25,301 nucleotides of DNA. It comes from Candidatus Heimdallarchaeota archaeon. Lineage in GTDB: Archaea > Asgardarchaeota > Heimdallarchaeia > Heimdallarchaeales > Kariarchaeaceae. A model generated the notes under the pieces. That model saw only the letters and a list, made by a program, of their open reading frames with translations, searched no databases and was not told the origin of the DNA. Shown here in pieces: positions 1 to 7,610 of the stretch. Within the stretch, counting starts at the first letter, position 1. Every line of letters begins with the position of its first letter. The position numbers and the translations under genes were made by a program. The DNA lies in contig WAKA01000097.1 of assembly GCA_015523565.1 (NCBI GenBank), positions 1 through 25,301 of the forward strand, read 5' to 3'.

Positions 1-257
1 GGGAGGGATAAAAGAAGAGAGACGTATTGCCTAATGGAAGCACTTTCCAAGGCTTCCTTTTTATTGTGGTTTTCCAATAATATGGAGCTTTGGGAAGATG
101 TAACTCGTTTTTTTGTTGAGCTCATTTTTTCATACGCCTGCAAAGTCATAATATCCAAATCCAATTGTCTAAAGGGAATTATGAATGGGCAATAAACATG
201 GATTTGTTTACCATTGTCTTTTACTATGAAATTATCAATCAATGATAGGGTGCACAC
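1..257 (-). CDS. Partial hypothetical protein running off the window start
   Basis: Minus-strand frame open from GTG at 257 (alternative downstream ATGs) to the window edge: VCTLSLIDNFIVKDNGKQIHVYCPFIIPFRQLDLDIMTLQAYEKMSSTKKR... Same strand as the upstream gene; no recognisable motif. Confidence 0.35.
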   Translation of the reverse strand, partial: MCTLSLIDNFIVKDNGKQIHVYCPFIIPFRQLDLDIMTLQAYEKMSSTKKRVTSSQSSILLENHNKKEALESASIRQYVSLLLSL

Positions 258-298
258 ATATTAAGTATGAAGGATTGATTTTTAATAAAGGAAAGATT

Positions 299-1327
299 TT
301 AGATTTTCATTCGTTCTGCCTCTTTTCTAATCCTTTTTTTGGAGATCATGAAATAGGAACCCCATATGGCAAGAATAATGAATGATCCAAGCATTGGGGA
401 ATTCCCTTTGCTTCTAAGTAGTTCAGACCATTGATCTTTTTTTTCAGGTTGAATTGTGAATCCAAATGATACAATGGATATTATTGCAGGAGAGTTTTTT
501 GCCTCTACTGTAAACTGGAGTTTGTTGATGAATTTCAAATTGGGGAAAAGAATGTTCATGGTATTGTTTTTTGTTTCCGAGGCTTTTTTGACAGAGAATT
601 TATTTATTGTGAAATAAACTTGAAGAGATGTATCTTGTGGATTAAGGAGAGAATATTCCAATGTAATTTCAAGAGACATTGTTTTTGATTGTAATTCACT
701 TGGCAACTCTAAAACAGCATCCATAATTTTAGTCTGAAACAAGACAGATCCAGAAAAGTTTGCATCTAAATTATTGAGACCGTTGATGACATAAGTTGAT
801 GTGGTATTCGGCTTGAAGTTTAAATTCAATCCCCTTTTCATAAATTGACCGATTGTCCAATCCATGGAAATAGTCGTATTCATAATGCCCACACCACCAT
901 TAATTACTTCTGCCACAAGTTTTAGAGTTGCAGTCGATGATGAGGAAAAATAAACAGTCATTTTTTCAAATCCAAAAAGTCTATAGAATGAAACAGGGGA
1001 TGTATTAGGGACAATTTTTTGGTTGCTGACCAATTGGGTGACAGGTTGGTCATTCGAGCTAAGTTCAACAGAACTGAGAAATGCATTCACGGTAATTTTG
1101 GAGGTAATATTTGAAGTGATGAAGAAACGGAACTCTGTGAGTTCTTTCAGTTGGATTGATTTTTCGAAGATTGTTTCAAATGAGCTTTGATTTGCAATAA
1201 TGGAATATGTTTGACTTCCAGATTGGTTGGTGACAAAGCTTAATTCAGAGGTGTTAGAATTAAGAGCATTAAGAGGAGTTACTTGACAGATAAGCAATAT
1301 TAAAAAGACAAAAACGACCTGTTTCAT
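299..1327 (-). CDS. Hypothetical secreted/surface protein with N-terminal signal peptide and C-terminal membrane anchor
   Basis: MKQVVFVFLILLICQVTPLNA signal-like N-terminus; S/T/N-rich beta-type body with many N-x-S/T sequons; C-terminal hydrophobic helix (MLGSFIILAIWGSYFMI) followed by a basic tail (KKRIRK). Confidence 0.75.
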   Translation of the reverse strand: MKQVVFVFLILLICQVTPLNALNSNTSELSFVTNQSGSQTYSIIANQSSFETIFEKSIQLKELTEFRFFITSNITSKITVNAFLSSVELSSNDQPVTQLVSNQKIVPNTSPVSFYRLFGFEKMTVYFSSSSTATLKLVAEVINGGVGIMNTTISMDWTIGQFMKRGLNLNFKPNTTSTYVINGLNNLDANFSGSVLFQTKIMDAVLELPSELQSKTMSLEITLEYSLLNPQDTSLQVYFTINKFSVKKASETKNNTMNILFPNLKFINKLQFTVEAKNSPAIISIVSFGFTIQPEKKDQWSELLRSKGNSPMLGSFIILAIWGSYFMISKKRIRKEAERMKI

Positions 1328-1459
1328 TTTAATCCCTCAAATTCATTGGAAGCGGTATAGGCAATTAGTCCAAGAATGACTGGGATTATTAGTTGCATTG
1401 CCTTTCGGGATATAACAGAAATTGTGATTGGGGAAAGTGGTTTTTTACGAAAAGCCATT

Positions 1460-4400
1460 TCAATCATCTCCGAAAGAAGAAAGATAAGTGTAAAAAGGAG
1501 TCATTTGTAAAATTTCACCGTTCCAAGATTCGTTTTTCCTTATATAAGAAACAACAGTTCCTTGATGTTCAGATAAGTGCATTAAAGTAAAAGGGGAAAG
1601 GGGATCAAGTTGGTAAGTGGGCAATTGAAAGATATCAAGGAACAATTTCTCAGTGAGAAAATGATATCGATCGTTTAAATCTGAGGGGATTTGAGATAGT
1701 TTTTCATAAACAGGATAACTAGGCAGGACAGAGTTGAGATTGGGGATGAATTTGGTGATTGGAACTTTGAAGAATTGTTTGGAATCGATTCCCAGGAGGA
1801 TAAATGCGTGGGAATTACGGGAAATATCTGCAAGCATTTGGAAGAATTGAAAGAGACGGGTTTTTGTCTGATTATTGTATTGCCCTTCAAACATTGCAGG
1901 AGTCAATTTAGAAAGCTTGTATGATCTAGAGATTACAGCAGCCTTTATTTTCGCATCCAATGATGCAATCAGTTTCTCTTTTTTTAGCCTAAATTTTAAT
2001 TCAGCTTGTTTTTTGAGACTATTATATTCTTTTTGTGAGACATTGTCAATTCCTTCCAAATATAGGTCAAGTTCTCGTTGTATCATTTCTGGAGCTTTGT
2101 TTTCCAACTCAATTATCTGAGATCTTGCTTTTTCCCAAAGATGCAGATAATAATCTTCGTCAGAAAGATTCTTTGCCTCTTCAGGAATATATTCTTCTTT
2201 AATTGCAAGGTGAAATTGTGGAAATACAACAATGCTACCAGGAGGAATTGGAGTAAGTATCTGTTTAAACAATAAGGCAAGACCAGATATTCCAGTAATT
2301 TCTTGGACATCAACAACCTTGATTTTTAACCTTTTTTTCAAGTTATCTGGGGATTTGATACCGCAGGATTTGAGAGCCAAATCAAACATGTTGTTTTGTT
2401 GAAGCCAAATGATTGGAGGGGATGGGGATTTTGTAGTCAGATTCTGTTTTTTTTGCAGATACCGCAATTGAATAAGCTGTAAAAGTATAAAGGGATAAAT
2501 TTCAGAACCACCCATTATGATCTGAAAAGGATTGAGGTTTGAAGAATTCAATAGACTTGTCATTTGATATGTAAAAACACCATCCAAGTAGTTTTGATAG
2601 AATGGATTATTTGATGTATCATTTGAAAGAATTTCAATAGGACCATGGTTTCCCCAAATGGTTAGGCAATAAAAATTGTTTACACGTAAAGATGAAACCC
2701 TCCAGAAATTTTTACCATAGATGGATCGGAATAGTTTTGGAAATTCCTCCCTACGTTGTTCAACAATGACAACAGAATCCTCCCCACCAAAAACAGGTAA
2801 TTGAGAGAGAGGAGTCAATAGAGTCTCTGGAGAAGGATTAAGCATTCTACAGAGTATAGAGGAGGAATGTTCATTATGATTTTTACAAATATCCAAAGAA
2901 ATATGGTTATTGGAGGGAATGCTGGTTTCATCCCAATATTCCTCAAGAACAGCCACTATTTTTTCTGGGAAAAATGAATAAAGAGATTTTAAACTAAACC
3001 TATTGGAACATACCTTGACTTTTCTGGTAACTGCAAGGTAGGCGACAAAATGAAGGAAAGCTACATCGGGATCAATTGATGAGGAATAATAGATTATTGG
3101 ATCTTTCTTATCAATCAATTTTGCAATTTTTGGAGTGATGAAATCAGTGTCAACAGGCATATATTTTTTGGAATAAGAAGACAAAAGGCGGTGTCTCAAA
3201 CGTAAATTTTCAATGTTTTCGACTGTTGCGACAATATCCTGCGGATTGTTTTGAGCCACCAAATTATCAAGAACATGTTGAGGGATCCATTCAGGGATGT
3301 CCTTGTTAAGATGATTGGTAAGTTCGGCGGCTTTTTTCAATTTCTCATTCATTTCATGGACGTTGTCAATTGTTGGGAGTTGGTTGATATCACATGACCA
3401 TTGTTCAGTGATTTTGTCTATTGGATATCGTGAAAAATTAAGAGAGTCAAAAAAGGAAGTTAATTCAGCAGAATTTGAACAGAGCCTCATAATTTTTCGA
3501 TATACGTTAACCACCAATTCGTCATTTTTGGGTCGGTTCAGAACAAGGGACATAAAAGATGGTTTTGATGGCAATTGATAGTCTTGAAGGGATTCAGCAA
3601 CTGCAATAATGGCAAAGACCTCTTCTTCATATTGCAATCCCTTTGGGGAGATATTGAATTTTGTAATGATTTTTGGAATAAGCGTGATGACATCTTTTTT
3701 CGTGACACCAGGAGGCAATGGCATAGCCATGTTTCTGATTATTTCAGCAGCCCCCCTAACAACACCCAATCTCTTCTTTTTGTTTTCAAATTCACCGCCG
3801 GATTTTGCAATGATACCTGATTCTTGAAGTTCATACTTATATTTCAAAATGCCAGTTTCTTTGATGGCCAATATTTTCTTGAGTTCCTCGTTGATATTTT
3901 TTGGAACGATTTGTCCATATCTTTGTGCGTACAAATGCCGAAACATGAAATAGAGGTATTTGGCGATTGTGGATCCTCTTTTTGGTTGGGGTGAATTGGT
4001 CAGCAATTGAAGGAATTTTTGATGGTAATAGTTTTTGTAGTCTTCTTTAAGAACAATCCATGGTTCTTGACTGAATTTTGAAAGTATTTTGAGAACCTTG
4101 TTATTTTCAAGAATTTCCCTTGTCTTCTTTTTATTGTCATGAGTTTTTATTATCCTATCTGCAAATCCTTTGCCCTTGAATTTCACCAGTTGAGAATATT
4201 TCAATTCGGAATGCTTTGTCATCAATTTTTGGTTAACAGCACAACTCAAGGACGGATAATTATCCAAAAAAGAAGTTGCAAATCGTGTTTCATCAAGGCA
4301 GCGTTCATCACCATAAAGCATAGCAAACTCCTTTTTCAGACGGGAGTATTCCGCATCAAGTTCCTTCAAAGTTTTCTCCCTTTTGGAATTTTTTTCTGAC

Positions 4401-4465
4401 CAGTATATAGCAGGAGAAAACAGACCATCATTTTTTTTGGGGTCGCGTGGGTTTAATGCTGACAT
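1460..4465 (-). CDS. 1001-aa multidomain protein: putative TFB-like cyclin repeats plus inactivated RadA/RecA-like domain(s) with a coiled-coil insertion
   Basis: The long ORF is clearly real; the domain call is by-eye alignment only. aa ~85-330 resemble the TFB core. aa ~645-895 follow the RadA ATPase motif order (FQIIMGG / [11 protein letters not shown] / [17 protein letters not shown] / [26 protein letters not shown]) but lack Walker A GKT and Walker B D. Confidence 0.5.
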   Translation of the reverse strand: [1001 protein letters not shown]

Positions 4466-4603
4466 TCAAAACAATATTCTCGCCAAACCCCCTCGAAGTT
4501 TCAGTCAGGGAATCAGGTTTTTTTTACCAACATGATTCTGGACTTAAGGAGTTTATATATTGAAATTAAGAGATTGTTCAAAACCAAGCGAAAATTGCAC
4601 GAA

Positions 4604-4744
4604 TTTTGTCCTAATTTTAGAAAATAGAGAACAGCACATCCATGGCAGGTTTTTGGATTAAAGAAAACAGGAGTTCAGTTTCTTAAATATCATTTTTTGT
4701 TTTTCAATCAGGATCGGAGTATTTTTGTCCTAAAATTAGAAAAT
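4604..4744. promoter_or_regulatory. Pair of 22-bp near-identical dyad-containing repeats (candidate operator sites)
   Basis: TTTTGTCCTAATTTTAGAAAAT at 4604-4625 and TTTTGTCCTAAAATTAGAAAAT at 4723-4744. The cores CTAATTTTAG and CTAAAATTAG are reverse complements. Both lie in the ~510-bp intergenic region upstream of the 1001-aa gene. Confidence 0.45.
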
Positions 4745-4976
4745 TAAGGTTAGAACACGGACGAGATATATAAGCATTGGAGCAAAATAGCGTAAAAAAT
4801 AGATTATTGATTGATTGCATTTCAGAAATAAGTTATTTTTCTGTTTAAGTTTCAGGAGTTTAAATATATCAGTCAGATTGCTTAAGAGAAATCCCTTGCA
4901 GGATCATTTTGACTCAAGTAATAGACAGAATGAAGCATATTATTATTGAAAATAATTTCAGGTTATTTATTTTGAT

Positions 4977-6257
4977 CTAAGATACTTCAACCAATTCTTT
5001 TTGAGGGAGATTTACAGAATTTGGTGTTTCTATTGCATTTGGATTCTTTAGAAGAGAGCTTTCAGGAATAGGATCACCGAGGTGGTTTAAGATTGGGGAG
5101 TTATCTTTCGGATCCCTGTTCTCCATTTGTTCAGCAATTTTCATAACTTCTTTTGCTTCAGATGGGTCAACAATCCCAAATGGAGTTAGGCAAAATGAAG
5201 ATGTTGTAGGGGGAAGCCATCCACAGTCCACTAGTTTCATTTTTCTTGTTTCAATGCCATTTTCGATGGGCTTGTCTTTTTTAAGCCAAAATCTAAGGTC
5301 AGAAGCATGTCCAACGGTGTCACCTCCTACAGGAATTTCAGATGGTTGGTTCATGACACCACCAATGTTTGCAATGACTTGGTTTGTGTAACATACAATC
5401 AGTTGATATGCTTGTGCAAGAGATTTAAGTTTCATCAAAGCTTGACCAAGCATATTCTGCCTTGCACCCATATTTTTGAGTCCTTCACCAGTTACAGTTT
5501 TAAATTCATTTTTGAAGGGTTGAATGATGGAATCAATGATGATCAACCCGACATCGTTTTCAACGATCATTTTGTCAATGTTTTCAAGGTGTGTCAGCAG
5601 ATCAGATCCTGTGGTGAGAACCCGAGGGCTGACATAAAACATTTTCTTTTCAAAATCGCTTTCGGTAAGTCCCCAATATAACCCGCTTTTGAGGATACGT
5701 TGAACAGAATAGGCACCTTCGGTGTCAAAATAGATGACAGATCGCCCCCAACCACCTTTTTCCTTAGGTAGCATAGTTCTCACTGCAAGATCATACATCC
5801 ATTGGGTTTTTCCCATTTGTGGTTTTCCATAAAACTCAATTAATGTCCCTGACCTGAAACCAAGACCATTTCCGTCATTGAGGTGCCTGTTCAGGGCATG
5901 AACCCTTGTAAGAAGGTACTGATGGTTTTTCGTCATTTCGATTTGTTCTTGGAATGACCTGATGGGTTTGCCTTCAGAGGCAACCACTAATTTGTGGCGA
6001 GCGATTTTCTTTGCAATTTTCAGCGAAACACCATCCAGTTCCACAAGATCGGCGGTACTTTTGTTTTCAAAAGAAGCAAAAGTTTCCAGTCCTTCTTTAA
6101 GGAAAATGTTCTTGATTTTTGTAGCAGTTGTTTTGGCCAAGAGACCTGCATCTTTCATTTCCTCAAAGAACACCTCTGTTGAAGGGCGTTTTGTCCAGAT
6201 GCGGCCATTGTATTCAAAATGAGTTTTAGGGTCGAATTTTTCTTTTTTCTTTCCCAT
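4977..6257 (-). CDS. RadA/Rad51 paralog (second full-length recombinase-family ATPase)
   Basis: N-terminal HhH-like region ([19 protein letters not shown]); Walker A [28 protein letters not shown]; Walker B LIIIDS; L1 [30 protein letters not shown]; C-terminal extension. Confidence 0.9.
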   Translation of the reverse strand: [426 protein letters not shown]

Positions 6258-6314
6258 AGTTCTCAGGAATAGAGAACAACTTAGCTTTATAAAAGAAGAG
6301 AGGAATTAAGAGAA

Positions 6315-6788
6315 TTATGCAGTCATAAGGTAATCATTAAAAATAACAGGTAATTTAGAAAGGTCTTCTGCGTAAATCGATATTAGTTTCAGTCCCAAAG
6401 CCATATAGATTTTCTTTTTGTTTTCCAATTTTTGGCGATATTCGTCACCAACCTTATTCTTGAGATTTGCCAAACCCCAATACTCAACATAGACATCGAA
6501 ATCGACAAGATAAAAGTCAGTTCTATAGGGGGTTTGTTTAATCGGAATTTCATAGAGGTACCTGATATTGTTCTTTTCCAAGAATTTAGCAATTTGTTTT
6601 TCACCTTTACTTTTGAATTGCCAGTTTTTATGGGGTGAGATTTTACCATAAGGGGAAAAGTATTGCTTAACTGCAAGAGAAGATCCATTGTTTTTTTTTG
6701 TGGGAGACTTATTGATTAATGAAAATGCAACAATGATGAATGCAATCCAAGGGATATATTCAACAATAGGAATAACCAAAATTTCCAC
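6315..6788 (-). CDS. Membrane-anchored PD-(D/E)xK / Vsr-DUF559-like endonuclease-domain protein
   Basis: N-terminal hydrophobic helix (IPWIAFIIVAFSLI), then KSKGEKQIAKFL...YLYE...YRTDFYL...VYVEYWG...Y...K...Y...LISIY, the pattern of small restriction-endonuclease-like domains. Confidence 0.7.
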   Translation of the reverse strand: MEILVIPIVEYIPWIAFIIVAFSLINKSPTKKNNGSSLAVKQYFSPYGKISPHKNWQFKSKGEKQIAKFLEKNNIRYLYEIPIKQTPYRTDFYLVDFDVYVEYWGLANLKNKVGDEYRQKLENKKKIYMALGLKLISIYAEDLSKLPVIFNDYLMTA

Positions 6789-7107
6789 CTATGAAAATGG
6801 TTTGCAGTTCAGAGAGTAAATCTAGTTCATCATTTTTTGTCAAGATCAATAGCCTTAGTGAGTCCAACAGATTTTTAATTGACCTATGATCACTAAGTGA
6901 CAATGGGGTGGTTCGAAACTTGAGGACTGAAGCCTTGATTTTGTATTCAGTGATTGGAAATACCTCAATCAAGTGCAAAAGGATAAATCGGAGGACTGGT
7001 TCATCGAATTTGCTACCTACAAGAGACAAAGAGTATGGAAATTCAACCTCGTGAAGAGGAATTGGAGAAGCCAAGATATTTGAAATCTTTCCAACAGAAA
7101 AATGCAT
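6760..7107 (-). CDS. Hypothetical protein
   Basis: 115-aa ATG ORF overlapping the start of the nuclease gene by 29 bp; fills the space up to the divergent promoter region; no recognised motif. Confidence 0.55.
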   Translation of the reverse strand: MHFSVGKISNILASPIPLHEVEFPYSLSLVGSKFDEPVLRFILLHLIEVFPITEYKIKASVLKFRTTPLSLSDHRSIKNLLDSLRLLILTKNDELDLLSELQTIFIGGNFGYSYC

Positions 7108-7160
7108 GAAAATGAGAGGAGATTTAGATTTTTAAATGAGAACGAAAGCTAATAACGGGA

Positions 7161-7168
7161 TTTAAATA
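7161..7168 (+). promoter_or_regulatory. Probable archaeal TATA box for the OB-fold/PCNA/GINS operon
   Basis: TTTAAATA lies 23-30 bp upstream of the ATG at 7191, the spacing expected for a leaderless or short-leader archaeal transcript. Confidence 0.45.
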
Positions 7169-7190
7169 AGCAAAACAAAAAGGGGTTCAG

Positions 7191-7556
7191 ATGGAAGACG
7201 AAGAGCAGTTTCAGCAACAAAAACCAGCAAGGGATTATTTTTTAAGGGAGCTAGAAAATGTTGAGGCGGGTATGGTTCGATTGTGGGGGTATATTGTTGC
7301 ATTGAATTCCTATTCATTCGTGCTCAATGATGGAGAAACACAAGTAGAAATAGAATATGGAAATCTGCGATCATCAGAAATTGTATTGCAGAATCCGTAC
7401 AGAATTATTTGTGAAGTGATTAAATCAGACAAAGGTAAAAGGTTAATTGCATTGGTCATGCACAAGATGTTACCAGAAGAAATTGCGAAATACAAGTCAA
7501 TAGTGGAATTAGAGAGGAGAATTCCGATTCCGGACAGTAATTCCATAAAAATTTGA
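7191..7556 (+). CDS. Small OB-fold protein, RPA14/RPA32-like ssDNA-binding subunit
   Basis: VRLWGYIV...SFVLNDGETQVEI...YRIICEV...LIA strand pattern followed by a C-terminal helix, typical of small RPA subunits; first gene of the PCNA-GINS run. Confidence 0.65.
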   Translation: MEDEEQFQQQKPARDYFLRELENVEAGMVRLWGYIVALNSYSFVLNDGETQVEIEYGNLRSSEIVLQNPYRIICEVIKSDKGKRLIALVMHKMLPEEIAKYKSIVELERRIPIPDSNSIKI

Positions 7557-7610
7557 GTCATAGACATGAAATTATTAAAGAGTATAAATTATGATGGTAG
7601 GAGAGACCAT

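Noticed and set aside
4466-4976. Replication origin (ORB elements)
   Set aside because: The region is AT-rich with repeats and lies near replication genes, but I see no TTCCAGTGGAAAC/G-string ORB consensus and no orc1/cdc6 in the window. Kept only as a regulatory candidate.
299-7107. Integrated mobile element or provirus
   Set aside because: The region is orphan-rich, but I found no integrase, transposase, capsid gene, flanking tRNA or att-like repeats in the window.
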